Positions 54,418 to 64,000 of a stretch of 64,000 nt of DNA are shown one piece after another. Position numbers and translations under genes: made by a program. Below the pieces are notes generated by a model. That model searched no databases and was not told the DNA's origin. It worked only from the letters and a program-made list of their open reading frames with translations. Each line of letters starts with the position of its first letter. The stretch's first letter is position 1. Source of the DNA: Patescibacteria group bacterium. GTDB lineage: Bacteria; Patescibacteriota; Gracilibacteria; UBA4473. The stretch is taken from contig CBFIAK010000001.1 of NCBI GenBank assembly GCA_965660445.1, positions 42,121 to 106,120 of the forward strand, written 5' to 3'.

Positions 54418-57376
54418 TTCCAAACGATTGCCAAAACAAAATATCTTCATCGTTATTGGGGTCTCTCAATGGGAATTCGAACCGTTGTAAATGCTCATGA
54501 GCGTCTTTAAGCTCCGCAATAACCTGTGCTCGATCTTCATCGGTTACTTGTAATGATCGCTGAGAAAACTTTCCGTTTTTATCGGGAGTCAGGAAATCTA
54601 ATTCACAAGAAGATACCGTCCAAGAAAACCCTTTTGCTGATCGGGCAAGTAAGTCATAAAAAACAAGCTGTCTCCAATATCGACCACCTTGTTGTATAGC
54701 TTTTGGCATTCCTGATTTGTAATCGACTATTTTCACTTGTGTACGATTCGAATCTAAAAATAATAATTTATCAACCTTTCCTGTAATACGGATTCCATCA
54801 ATGGTCGGCACAAAAGGACCAAAATCAAACTCTGTCATCGCATCAGCACTCAATGATTCTTGTCTTTTTTCGAAATACTGATCCAATGCAGATAATCCAT
54901 CTGCTTTCAGTTTCAAAAACAAATCATGTTCTAAATTCTGCCCCCGCAAAGCACGTTCGAATTGTTGTAATAAAACTTCTTTTGTGGGTTTTATCCCCGA
55001 CTGATGCCAAAGTCTTATATATCGTTCCAATGCTTGATGAAGAGCTGTTCCATATGCCATAGTGGGCAATGGTCGACGTGGAAACCGATACAAGTTTTGG
55101 TATAAAAACTTTCGAGGACATTCTAAAAAGGTTTGTAAACTGGTTGCAGACCACACAAAGGATTGAACAATCGGCGCTAATATATCTTTTTCAGACGGTA
55201 AAAGCTGGGGAGTATCGGCATGAGAAGATAAAAAAACTGGAAGTTTTTTTTGCAGTGCTCCTTCTTGTTCTTCTTGTGAGGTATAAACCACTTTTTCATC
55301 TGGTATTTCATCAAGGAATAAAGATGGTGTTTTTTGTTTTCCTGAAAAATCAGTATGGGCATACGATAAAAAGAGTTCCTTTTTAGCACGTGTAAGAGCT
55401 ACAAAAAAGAGTCTTCGTTCGTCCTCATTTTCATTCGATTCTGATGCGAAAACATGAGGGATAGGCAATCCCGACCGAGATCTCGTATTGCCCCAAACCC
55501 CGTCGAGCATACCTGGTAAAAATACGATATCAAACTCGAGTCCTTTTGATTTATGCGCTGTCATAATACGAACAGATCTCGAATCTAACGGCAACGGATC
55601 AGGGGACAAAGAAATCCCAAGCTCCTGATGCAGTTCAATACGGTGTAATAAATCATCAAGTGTTTCACAGCGTTGTTCTCGAATCCAATCTAAAAATTTA
55701 CGAATATTTTGCCATGCAGAAATTGTTCGTTCAGAACGAAGAGTTGATAAATAAGAGCCCATACCCGATTCATACAATAACTTTTCTGTGAGCACCTCTG
55801 GACGACAGTGCCAATACTCTTTTCGGAACGTAATGAGAACATCAATCGTTTCCTGCAAAGAAGGATATTGTTCTCCTTGTTCTAAAAGGAAAGAAATGAG
55901 TGCTGTATCTGGATCTTGTTTTTTTTGTTTATCAAAATCAAGCATCAAACGAATCAAGACTTCTTTTTCTATCGGAAAAAAAGGAGCATGTAAAATCTGC
56001 ATTAGCTTATCATTGTGTGTTGGGTTTGAAAAAATCTGAAGCATTCCAATAAGTATTTGTACAAAATCGTGATCAAACACGTTTTGAAACACTTGTGCTG
56101 CTACGGGAATACCAAAAAGAGGTAAAGCATGAGCTACTTCTTTTACTTCTCTATTATTGCGCACTAAAACAGCGATATCGTTTGGCTGAACACCTTCTTG
56201 TAAAGCGTTTTGGATCCGATCAACAATAAAGCCAAGCTCCATATATCGAGTTTCAAACTCTGATTTTGTTATTTTCCCTGCATAGTGAACATTTTCACCC
56301 GATGATATAAGCGATTTATGGGGATCCACTCGTTGTTCATTATTCTTAATACTTGAGAAGGCAACATCTAAAATACATTGTGCAGATCGATAGTTTTGAG
56401 TGAGTGTAATATTCGACCGTGTGGGAAATCTATTCTGAAATTCAAATATATTCTCAACACTCGCCCCCTGAAACCGAAATATAGCCTGATCGTCGTCCCC
56501 TACCGTAAAAATATTCGGCGATTGGTCATAGTCAGTCAGAGACCATAAAATTGAGTTTTGTGCAGTATTCGTGTCTTGATATTCATCCACTAAAATCCAT
56601 TGGAACCGTTCTTGTAGATCAAGTTTTACGTGTTCATTTGTTTTCAGTGCTGAAACAACCCACATCAATTGGTCATCAAAATCAAAAAAACCATGTTGAG
56701 CCAATACTGTTTCATACACTTCCCAAAACGCAACCGTCTCATGCATAAGGTTTATTTTTCTATCAATTTCTATTCGTTTTGTAGGTTTAAAATCACCTTT
56801 TTTATAATCTCCCATAGCACGAGAATAAAAATTTGATGGATCTGATTCGAGTCGTTCTTGTTCTTCTGGTATTCGGTTTCGATAATCTTGAGGCGATATG
56901 TTTTCTCGTTTCAAATGAGATATAAGCGAAAGAAAACTATTTTTATAATAAAAATCGTTCCATCGAGTCGAAAGATGCTCCCATGACCGAGACTGAACTG
57001 TTTCTTGGAATGCCAATGCTTTTTGAAGATCATCCGCAACCACTCGATCACCACGAATATCATAAAAATGGTCATAATATTGATTCATAACCCATTCACA
57101 AAACCCATGAAACGTTGATATTTTAATAGCATACGCTTCTTTTCCAATCCAACGCCGAAGTCGGTCTTTCATTTCTACCGCTCCGTTTTCGGTAAACGTT
57201 AAGCACAATATATTATCAGGATTTGCTCCCACATCACTCGACAACAAATGCGCAATGCGCGTTGTCAATAAATGAGTTTTTCCTGTTCCAGGACCTGCCA
57301 AAACTAATACCGGACCCATAAGTGTCTCGACCGCTTTTCTTTGTTCGGGGTTGAGGGTTTTGAGTAAATCTTTCAC
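54392..57376 (-). CDS. UvrD/PcrA-like SF1A helicase fused to a C-terminal PD-(D/E)XK nuclease domain (AddA/AddB-like)
   Basis: 994 aa with N-terminal GPGTGKTH, DEYQDTN and a C-terminal helicase lobe, then ECPRKFLY..GKVDKL..VDYKSG nuclease motifs. GTG start. The 3' end overlaps the convergent mscS gene by 26 nt. Confidence 0.8.
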   Translation of the reverse strand: MKDLLKTLNPEQRKAVETLMGPVLVLAGPGTGKTHLLTTRIAHLLSSDVGANPDNILCLTFTENGAVEMKDRLRRWIGKEAYAIKISTFHGFCEWVMNQYYDHFYDIRGDRVVADDLQKALAFQETVQSRSWEHLSTRWNDFYYKNSFLSLISHLKRENISPQDYRNRIPEEQERLESDPSNFYSRAMGDYKKGDFKPTKRIEIDRKINLMHETVAFWEVYETVLAQHGFFDFDDQLMWVVSALKTNEHVKLDLQERFQWILVDEYQDTNTAQNSILWSLTDYDQSPNIFTVGDDDQAIFRFQGASVENIFEFQNRFPTRSNITLTQNYRSAQCILDVAFSSIKNNEQRVDPHKSLISSGENVHYAGKITKSEFETRYMELGFIVDRIQNALQEGVQPNDIAVLVRNNREVKEVAHALPLFGIPVAAQVFQNVFDHDFVQILIGMLQIFSNPTHNDKLMQILHAPFFPIEKEVLIRLMLDFDKQKKQDPDTALISFLLEQGEQYPSLQETIDVLITFRKEYWHCRPEVLTEKLLYESGMGSYLSTLRSERTISAWQNIRKFLDWIREQRCETLDDLLHRIELHQELGISLSPDPLPLDSRSVRIMTAHKSKGLEFDIVFLPGMLDGVWGNTRSRSGLPIPHVFASESNENEDERRLFFVALTRAKKELFLSYAHTDFSGKQKTPSLFLDEIPDEKVVYTSQEEQEGALQKKLPVFLSSHADTPQLLPSEKDILAPIVQSFVWSATSLQTFLECPRKFLYQNLYRFPRRPLPTMAYGTALHQALERYIRLWHQSGIKPTKEVLLQQFERALRGQNLEHDLFLKLKADGLSALDQYFEKRQESLSADAMTEFDFGPFVPTIDGIRITGKVDKLLFLDSNRTQVKIVDYKSGMPKAIQQGGRYWRQLVFYDLLARSAKGFSWTVSSCELDFLTPDKNGKFSQRSLQVTDEDRAQVIAELKDAHEHLQRFEFPLRDPNNDEDILFWQSFGITSFVPNE

Positions 57377-57423
57377 ACGCTACAGTATAGTACAATGAAA
57401 AAAAAGGTCACCTTATTTTCATC

Positions 57424-58518
57424 TTATACATTAAACCGAAAATGAAGAATATCTCCATCTTGCACTACATAATCACGACCTTCTGTTCTCATTTTTCCGT
57501 TTTCTTTTGCTCCAGCTTCACCATTAAATGCAACAAAATCATGAAATGCGATTGTTTCTGCACGAATAAACCCTTTTTCAAAATCAGTATGAATTGCTGC
57601 GGCTGCTCGAGGAGCAGTATCTCCTTTATAGATAGTCCAACTACGCACTTCTTTTACTCCCGCTGTAAAATAGTTTTGTAATTTGAGTATCTCAAACCCT
57701 TTTTGTATCAATGATTCAAGTCCTGACTTCTCAGCACCAATATCTTGTAAAAACGCAAGCGAATCATCGGGAGACAACGAAGCAAGTTCCGCTTCAATTT
57801 GGGCACAAATAGGCACAATCGGAATGTCTTGGTATCCGCCAATTTTTTCTCGAAACCGATATTCATCAAACCCAGAAAAATCCGATTCCGACACATTCGC
57901 CACAATAATAAACGGTTTATTCGTTAATAACTGAAACCGACGAGCAATATGCTCTTCTTTTTCATCACATTCTACGGTTCGGGCAAGCCCCCCTTCTTGC
58001 AACACTGTTTTATATCGTTCCAGTAATGCAACTTCTGCTTTTGCGTCTTTGTCTCCTGACTTCGCTTTTTTACTCGTTCGTTCTATTTGTCGTTCTACAC
58101 TTTCAAGATCAGCAAATATAAGCTCTGTAATAATAATTTCTAAATCATTTTTTGGATCTACTTTTCCATACACGTGATGAATATCGGTACTTTCAAAATC
58201 ACGAAGCACATGGCAAATAGCATTACATTCACGAATATGAGACAGAAACTTATTTCCAAGCCCTTCTCCTCGAGAAGCACCTTCAACCAATCCGGCAATA
58301 TCAACAAATTCAACAATTGAACGGACAACTCGTTCGGGCTGAACGATTCGAGTCAATGTATCAATACGCTGATCAGGCACTTCAACAATACCTATATTTG
58401 GATCAATAGTACAAAACGGAAAATTCTCTGCCGCTGCTTTTTGAGACTTAGTAAGTGCATTAAAAAGCGTTGATTTTCCGACATTTGGTAACCCCACAAT
58501 ACCTATTTTTAAGTTCAT
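57424..58518 (-). CDS. ychF: Ribosome-binding ATPase YchF
   Basis: GIVGLPNVGKSTLFNALT, the coiled-coil insertion and a C-terminal TGS-like domain (DGDILHFRFNV). Confidence 0.93.
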   Translation of the reverse strand: MNLKIGIVGLPNVGKSTLFNALTKSQKAAAENFPFCTIDPNIGIVEVPDQRIDTLTRIVQPERVVRSIVEFVDIAGLVEGASRGEGLGNKFLSHIRECNAICHVLRDFESTDIHHVYGKVDPKNDLEIIITELIFADLESVERQIERTSKKAKSGDKDAKAEVALLERYKTVLQEGGLARTVECDEKEEHIARRFQLLTNKPFIIVANVSESDFSGFDEYRFREKIGGYQDIPIVPICAQIEAELASLSPDDSLAFLQDIGAEKSGLESLIQKGFEILKLQNYFTAGVKEVRSWTIYKGDTAPRAAAAIHTDFEKGFIRAETIAFHDFVAFNGEAGAKENGKMRTEGRDYVVQDGDILHFRFNV

Positions 58519-58606
58519 AAGAAAAAATTTTTAAATCCTTGCTAGTAAACAAAAAGTTATCAAAAGTGTCAACACGAAAAAAAACAAAAAAGATTCTTAA
58601 AATTTT

Positions 58607-58634
58607 TTGACCTTGAACAACTTTTGTGTATACT
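58607..58634 (+). promoter_or_regulatory. Strong sigma70-like promoter (TTGACC-16-TATACT)
   Basis: TTGACC 58607-58612, a 16-nt spacer ending in TGTG, TATACT 58629-58634. Confidence 0.6.
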
Positions 58635-58640
58635 CAAAAA

Positions 58641-58830
58641 CGATACTGAAATGAGCGTCTTTCTTTCGATCTTTTTCTCCTAATCACCTTTAAAAGGGAT
58701 TTCCGAACAGGTATTTCCGTGGAGATACCGTACGAAAACCCACCTGTGGTCACCTCAGGAAAATAGAGGCATAAAGGAAGGCGTCATTTTGGTAGCACAC
58801 ATTAAAAATCGTTGTAAAACGATTTTTTTT
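58641..58830 (+). ncRNA. Structured RNA candidate (about 190 nt): independent ncRNA or cis-regulatory leader, identity unknown
   Basis: It lies between a near-consensus promoter and a strong terminator (AAAAATCGTT-GTAA-AACGATTTTT, T-run to 58830). Internal helices include ACAGGT/ACCTGT enclosing GGTAT/ATACC, CCTC-N9-GAGG, and a closing AAATGA/TCATTT. No ORF. Confidence 0.45.
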
Positions 58831-58873
58831 ATGTTACAGTGCTCAAAAACCAGTATTTATATTTTTAGTTTTC

Positions 58874-59218
58874 ATGACGACTGACACAGACATTGCACAC
58901 ATTATTCATCAATTAATACACCTTATCGATCAAAAAGATGATAAAATAAGTATGGAAGAAAACACTTTAGCACACAATATTACAGCGCTTGAAACTCGGT
59001 TTTCAGAAGAACTACAAAACCAACAAATTGCCGATATATACCTAGACCCTAATAAAGAAAAACTCTATCTAGAAACTCACTGGAGCCCAGACTTAATTCC
59101 TGAAACAATTATCAGTGTGGACATCAACGGAATTATTACGAAAGAGAAAATAACGCCAGATCATGTTATTTTTGATTTATACGCAGCAGAAGAAACCGAT
59201 GAGACTGATGAAATATAA
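58874..59218 (+). CDS. Acidic hypothetical protein (114 aa)
   Basis: ORF with ATG start. No family recognised. Confidence 0.4.
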   Translation: MTTDTDIAHIIHQLIHLIDQKDDKISMEENTLAHNITALETRFSEELQNQQIADIYLDPNKEKLYLETHWSPDLIPETIISVDINGIITKEKITPDHVIFDLYAAEETDETDEI

Positions 59219-59227
59219 AAATTACTC

Positions 59228-59593
59228 TTATCGGTAATACGGAGACACATTTGTAAAATATTCGATTGTTTTTTGAGTGATACACACTACATCAATACGA
59301 AACTCTTGAGTATCGTATGGACGAGGAGCATACCAAAAAAAGTGGTGAGCCGTACGTTCTATTTTTTTTAGTTTCTGAGGTGTTACTGATTCTTGTGGTT
59401 TTCCAAAAAAAAGAGAGTTTCTTGCTTTTACTTCCACGAGAACATATTCTTTTTCGTTTGGGTCATAAAATATATGATCAATTTCTCCAAACCGAGAATG
59501 ATAGTTACTCGTTACCCATTCAAGTCCTTTTGACTCTAGAAATACGCGAGCATCGGACTCACCTTTTCGACCAAATTGTTGAGTGTTTCCCAT
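59228..59593 (-). CDS. yraN: YraN (UPF0102) family endonuclease-like protein
   Basis: GRKGES.A..FL...G......NY....GEID.I......VLVEVKAR pattern. ATG 59593 is preferred over GTG 59599. Confidence 0.75.
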   Translation of the reverse strand: MGNTQQFGRKGESDARVFLESKGLEWVTSNYHSRFGEIDHIFYDPNEKEYVLVEVKARNSLFFGKPQESVTPQKLKKIERTAHHFFWYAPRPYDTQEFRIDVVCITQKTIEYFTNVSPYYR

Positions 59594-59599
59594 ATTCAC

Positions 59600-60175
59600 T
59601 CATGAGTATGAAGAAGGGGCGAGAAAAATCAATTCTTCTACTTGTTCAACCATCATTTCAACCGTATCATTCAGCACCACATGACTATAAAACGGAGCCA
59701 GCGAAAACTCGTGTTCCATAGAAATAATGCGTTGTTGTAACTCGTCTTTACTCATCGCGCCCCTGTGTTGAATACGTCTCAACAATTCATCTTTTCCACC
59801 AGTAAGACTCAAAAACAAAGAAAGATATGATCCTTGTGGTAACTTTTTTCGAATTTGCTCAAACCCTTGCACATCAAACTCTTTCACGACTGTTTTTCCT
59901 TGTTTTGCTGGCACAAAAATAGAATCTCTATCGGTCCCATAATAATCTCTGTTATGCACAAAAGCATACTCTAAAAAATCATTCTTTTTTATTTTTTCTT
60001 GAAACTCTTTACGAGATATAAAGTAATACGGGCTTCCATTTGATTCTCCTTCTCGAGGCGGACGAGTCGAATAACTCGGTGGAAACACCCAGTCACTGTG
60101 TTTCGTTTTGAGTTCTTGAATAAGCGTTCCCTTTCCAACTCCTGATGGACCAGAAACAAACACTATTTTGCCCAT
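59600..60175 (-). CDS. gmk: Guanylate kinase
   Basis: 191 aa with P-loop SGPSGVGKGTL and STRPPREGE..G..Y.F. The start overlaps the ftsH stop (TAATG). Confidence 0.9.
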   Translation of the reverse strand: MGKIVFVSGPSGVGKGTLIQELKTKHSDWVFPPSYSTRPPREGESNGSPYYFISRKEFQEKIKKNDFLEYAFVHNRDYYGTDRDSIFVPAKQGKTVVKEFDVQGFEQIRKKLPQGSYLSLFLSLTGGKDELLRRIQHRGAMSKDELQQRIISMEHEFSLAPFYSHVVLNDTVEMMVEQVEELIFLAPSSYS

Positions 60176-62019
60176 TATGCATTACTTGGTTCAAAATACG
60201 TTAAGAATTCTTCACGAGTCATGTTTTCTTTTGTGAGCAGGTCTTCTGCAATTTTTTGAAGCATATCTTTTCGTTGTGTCAAAATATCAATACATCGTGC
60301 CTCTGCATGAAGAACGAGTTTTTGAACTTCTTCATCAATAAGACGCGCTGTTGATTCCGAAAACTCTTTTTCATGGACATCTACCCCCGCAAACCCTTTT
60401 GTTTTTTCAGCAAAAACAACGGGACCTATTTTTTCTGGATCCCCCATTCCATAGGTCATCACCATTGATCGAGCAATATTTGAAATTCGCTCTAAATCGT
60501 TTGAAGCTCCTGTTGTAGCCTGTCCAAAAAAGAGTCGTTCTGCAATACGTCCTCCATGCAGAGACACCATTTCGTCTTTCATTTTTGATTCACTCGAAAG
60601 ATATCGGTCTTCTCGAGGTAAAAACCATGTTAATCCCAAAGCCCCCCCACGAGAAATAATAGAAATTTTATGCACTGGTTCGCAATTTTCAGTAAAATGT
60701 CCCGCAATAGCATGTCCAACTTCATGATAAGCGATTATTTTTCGTTCTTCTTCATTGATACGGCGAGATCGTCTTTCTGGTCCCATAGAGACTTTTTCAA
60801 CGGCTTCAAGTAATCGCGATTGAGAAAGAGATGATTCTCGTTGTTTTACTGTTGCAATAGCCGCTTCATTTAAAACATTTTCGAGATCAGCACCAGAAAA
60901 CCCAACTGTTTTTGATGCAATTTCTTGAAAATCTATATCAGAAGCAAGTGTTTTATTTTTTGCATGAAGTGATAATATTTTTTCACGAGCATTCATGTCT
61001 GGCATATCAATATGAATACGTCGATCAAATCGCCCCGGACGAAGCAATGCTTTATCCAGAACATCTGGACGGTTCGTAGCGGCAATAACAATCACCGATG
61101 TATCGTTATCGAACCCATCCATTTCTGTAAGAATTTGGTTAAGGGTTTGTTCTCGTTCATCATGACCTCCTCCCATACCTTGTCCTCTTTGTTTTCCAAT
61201 AGCATCAATTTCATCAATAAAAATTATTGACGGAGCATTTTTTTGAGCGGTTTTAAACAAATCACGCACACGACTCGCCCCCACACCAACAAACATTTCT
61301 ACAAACTCTGAACCTGAAACTGAATAAAAAGGAACATTTGCTTCTCCCGCAATTGCACGAGCGACAAGCGTTTTTCCAGTTCCAGGAGCCCCTACCAAAA
61401 GAACACCTCTTGGGATTTTTGCTCCCATTTTATGATATTTTTTAGGGTTCTTAAGAAAATCAACAACTTCTTCTACTTCTTCTTTCGCTTCTTCTGCACC
61501 TGCAACATCAGCGAATTTTGTTTTCGCTTTTGTATGATCATACATTTTGGCTCGAGATTTCCCAAACCCAAACGGACCGTTATCGCCCCCCATATTACCC
61601 GCTTTTCGAGTCAGGAAAATAAGCAAGAAAACAATAAGAATAATAGGTCCCACCGCCAAAAGCACTTGCCCCCAAATAGCTCTTTTTGTGGTATCTATAA
61701 CATTTATTTCAGCGGGATTCGTTTGGTCAGTGAGTCCTAAATCTGCGATAGTTGCTGATGGTTCTTTGACGGTTAAAAATATTTCTCCTGTTTCCGTTTC
61801 TGCTTTTAGTTCATTATTTTCAATAGTAATAGACGCAAACTCTTGGTTTTCATATGATCGCATAAATTCAGTAAGAGATACTTCTTTTGTTTCTTGTGTT
61901 GTAAACAAAGTATCCGTATCACCAAAAACAAAAGTGAGCCCTGTGAGAATAAGAGCAATAAGGAAAACATAAAAAAAAGGATTTGGTTTTTGTGGGAAAT
62001 TTTTCGGTGTTGGTTTCAT
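60175..62019 (-). CDS. ftsH: ATP-dependent zinc metalloprotease FtsH
   Basis: Two N-terminal TM helices, AAA+ GAPGTGKT, an SRH region and zinc motif [10 protein letters not shown] 62019 is preferred over 62055. Confidence 0.95.
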   Translation of the reverse strand: MKPTPKNFPQKPNPFFYVFLIALILTGLTFVFGDTDTLFTTQETKEVSLTEFMRSYENQEFASITIENNELKAETETGEIFLTVKEPSATIADLGLTDQTNPAEINVIDTTKRAIWGQVLLAVGPIILIVFLLIFLTRKAGNMGGDNGPFGFGKSRAKMYDHTKAKTKFADVAGAEEAKEEVEEVVDFLKNPKKYHKMGAKIPRGVLLVGAPGTGKTLVARAIAGEANVPFYSVSGSEFVEMFVGVGASRVRDLFKTAQKNAPSIIFIDEIDAIGKQRGQGMGGGHDEREQTLNQILTEMDGFDNDTSVIVIAATNRPDVLDKALLRPGRFDRRIHIDMPDMNAREKILSLHAKNKTLASDIDFQEIASKTVGFSGADLENVLNEAAIATVKQRESSLSQSRLLEAVEKVSMGPERRSRRINEEERKIIAYHEVGHAIAGHFTENCEPVHKISIISRGGALGLTWFLPREDRYLSSESKMKDEMVSLHGGRIAERLFFGQATTGASNDLERISNIARSMVMTYGMGDPEKIGPVVFAEKTKGFAGVDVHEKEFSESTARLIDEEVQKLVLHAEARCIDILTQRKDMLQKIAEDLLTKENMTREEFLTYFEPSNA

Positions 62020-62095
62020 AAAAAAACAATAAAAAGACGACAGCATACTACCCAAACAAAAGGTTTTGGCAATACTTTCTCGAAAAAAAAATCTA

Positions 62096-62614
62096 TCAAG
62101 AATAGGAAACTGATTGCATCAATTTCTTTCTTTGTTTTTCAGATAAATAATCAATAAACAAGACTCCTTCTATATGATCATACTCATGCAAAAAAATACG
62201 AGCATTCCAACCATCAAGTTTTGTTTCACACCAATGACCGTCTTCGTTTTGCCAACGTACTTTTATTTTTTTCGGACGAGATACTTTCCCAAACATACCC
62301 GGAAGAGATAAACATCCTTCTTCTAAAGACACTTTCGCAGGAGACGTTTCCAGAATCTCTGGATTGATAAACGCAACGACTTTTTGTTTTTTTGTATCAT
62401 GAGCATGAAGGAGTACCAAAAAAATTCGTTTAGCAACTCCCACTTGATTTGCAGCAAGACCAACCCCCATAACACCATCATCAGTCGGCTGTGTCATAGT
62501 TTGGGTCATATCTTCAATCAGCCTTTTTAAATCATCATCAAACTCTGTCACCGGCTCACTTTTTGTTCGCAACGGTTCTTTTTGTGTTCCTACAAGAATA
62601 GGGAGGAGTGTCAT
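62096..62614 (-). CDS. def: Peptide deformylase
   Basis: GVGLAANQVG, EGCLSLPG and HEYDHIEG motifs. Confidence 0.93.
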   Translation of the reverse strand: MTLLPILVGTQKEPLRTKSEPVTEFDDDLKRLIEDMTQTMTQPTDDGVMGVGLAANQVGVAKRIFLVLLHAHDTKKQKVVAFINPEILETSPAKVSLEEGCLSLPGMFGKVSRPKKIKVRWQNEDGHWCETKLDGWNARIFLHEYDHIEGVLFIDYLSEKQRKKLMQSVSYS

Positions 62615-63942
62615 TCTTGGTCTGTATTAAGATTCGTTTGTCGGTCTTCAAATGCTTCTTGTATACGGGTTCGCACCCCTGCTGGATTTCCTAAAATCCG
62701 CAAAGCCTCATCCATAACAGGATCTCTATCATTTTCATAGTCCTGTGATGTTCGTTCAATTTCAATATCAGGCGTAATTCCTGATTCATGAATAGAGCGT
62801 CCTAAAGGAGTAAGCCATTCAGCCATAGTTACTTTTAAACTTGATCCATCAGAAAGAGGAATTAGGTTTTGCACAGTTCCTTTTCCAAAACTTGTTTCTC
62901 CAATAAGCAAGGCTCTCTTATGGTCTTGCACTGCTCCAGCAAGAATTTCCGAAGCCGAAGCCGAACCTTTGTTTATAAGAACCACTAATGGAATATCAAG
63001 AAATCCACCGCCTCGACGAGCCATAATTTCGGCTGTGTTTCCAAACTGTCCTCCTTCTGTTTTCACAATAACAACATTTTCAAGAAACTCTGAAATAATT
63101 TCAACAGCAGAATCTAAAAGTCCTCCACCATTATTTCGCAAATCAAGGATCATTCCTTTTGGTTCTAGTAAAAGTGCTTCTGAAAGGAAAGCTCGAAACT
63201 CAGAAAGAACAGTGTTTCCAAACTGAGAAATTTCAACCGTCAAAATTTCGTTTTCAAGGTTCCATTCAATAGCTTTAAGAATAATATTATCTCGTACAAT
63301 TGAAATTTTGAGAGGCTCGTCTTCTCCTTCTCGAATAACAGTGAGTTCTACTTTTTCTCCTTTTGGTCCTCGAATAAGAGTCACTGCCTCACTAATATTC
63401 ATTCCTTGTGTCGATTTTTCGTCAATTTTAAAAACGACATCGCCTGCACGAAGTCCTGATGTTTCAGCGGGAGACCCTTTTAAAGGAGTAATAATAACGA
63501 TACTTCCATCACGAATACCAATTTCAGCTCCAATTCCTTCAAATTCACCCGACATCGCATTTTCAAATTCAACCGATTCGGTTGGAGTCATAAAAACGGT
63601 ATAAGGATCTTCTAAAGAATCAATGAGACCTTTTGTTGCCCCATAGATTTGATCTTTTGTATTAAATGCATCGGCTTTTAAATAATTTGATTCGAGCTGA
63701 TGCCATGCTTCCCAGAAAATACTCAAATCAACTTCTTTCTCTTTTCTTTGTTTATCAAGGAACGTTTTGAAATTTGATGTTTTTGAAATAACAACATCTT
63801 GTAGTTTTTGGGTTGATTCTGGGTTTTCGTCTGACGAAGGACCTTGAAAGGTATGAAGACTTAAGTTCCAGCCGAGGAGAAAGCTAATAACAGGGAGCAC
63901 AAAGATTAATAAAAGTTTTATATTTCGGTTATAATGAACCAT
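62611..63942 (-). CDS. ctpA: S41-family carboxy-terminal processing peptidase
   Basis: N-terminal TM anchor, a PDZ segment (GAEIG..SPAE..GL..GD), and catalytic regions GSASASEI and SFGKGTVQ. Its stop overlaps the def start (ATGA). Confidence 0.88.
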   Translation of the reverse strand: MVHYNRNIKLLLIFVLPVISFLLGWNLSLHTFQGPSSDENPESTQKLQDVVISKTSNFKTFLDKQRKEKEVDLSIFWEAWHQLESNYLKADAFNTKDQIYGATKGLIDSLEDPYTVFMTPTESVEFENAMSGEFEGIGAEIGIRDGSIVIITPLKGSPAETSGLRAGDVVFKIDEKSTQGMNISEAVTLIRGPKGEKVELTVIREGEDEPLKISIVRDNIILKAIEWNLENEILTVEISQFGNTVLSEFRAFLSEALLLEPKGMILDLRNNGGGLLDSAVEIISEFLENVVIVKTEGGQFGNTAEIMARRGGGFLDIPLVVLINKGSASASEILAGAVQDHKRALLIGETSFGKGTVQNLIPLSDGSSLKVTMAEWLTPLGRSIHESGITPDIEIERTSQDYENDRDPVMDEALRILGNPAGVRTRIQEAFEDRQTNLNTDQE

Positions 63943-64000
63943 GTATGTGTATTTAAAATCTAAATCTCAATAACAAAGAGACCTCTGCATAATATAAATA

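Noticed and set aside
58690-58790. TPP riboswitch identity for the 58.6-kb structured RNA (GAGATACC..ACCC..ACCTG resembles CTGAGA..ACCC..ACCTGA)
   Set aside because: The P3 hairpin and the GGGGTGC and GCG.AGGGA conserved blocks are missing, and the downstream gene has no thiamine link. The resemblance is too partial. SRP RNA, T-box and RNase P signatures were also not found.
1-64000. CRISPR arrays, rRNA genes, reverse transcriptase/DGR or prophage structural modules
   Set aside because: I saw no regularly spaced direct repeats with unique spacers, no rRNA-like conserved blocks, no RT-like ORF, and no capsid, terminase or tail genes in any frame.
1-64000. Alternative genetic code (UGA recoding, as in some CPR lineages)
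   Set aside because: Long conserved genes such as mnmA end at TGA, and full-length rpoB, uvrA and ftsH read through without in-frame TGA. The standard code fits.

Overview
This 64-kb window is a low-GC bacterial chromosome segment whose gene content fits a reduced Patescibacteria/CPR-type genome. That lineage call is an inference from compact housekeeping genes, a DUF4012-like protein, two TrbC/VirB2-like pilin paralogs, and canonical operons that appear broken up. The standard genetic code applies, since TGA, TAA and TAG all terminate long conserved ORFs. About 50 protein genes are supportable, and most are housekeeping: fusA, smpB, nrdR, adk, map, clpC, grpE, mnmA, rpoB, recG, topA, hisS, mraY, uvrA, der, murE-like, trxB, ychF, gmk, ftsH, def, an S41 peptidase, and helicases. 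There are two tRNAs, Ser-GGA at 24283..24373 (-) and Gly-GCC at 29393..29467 (+). I saw no rRNA and no CRISPR array. Many ORF-track starts are TTG/GTG extensions, and I moved them to the first plausible ATG. The one clearly accessory region lies between the VIT1-like gene and tRNA-Ser (about 17.2-24.4 kb). Its repeat pattern reads as two tandem integrative elements sharing a TGGCGG core at the tRNA 3' end. Element 1 carries only a 900-aa SF1B helicase with an N-terminal HEPN-like Rx4H motif. Element 2 carries a serine recombinase, a tyrosine recombinase, and two small cassette-like genes (a 2H phosphoesterase and an isochorismatase-family hydrolase), each followed by a related attC-like repeat. 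Other points worth a second look are a promoter-to-terminator structured RNA candidate at 58.6 kb, an NrdR without its zinc-ribbon cysteines, and a monocistronic rpoB with an acidic tail and no rpoC. All identifications come from reading the sequence and translations; no searches were run.
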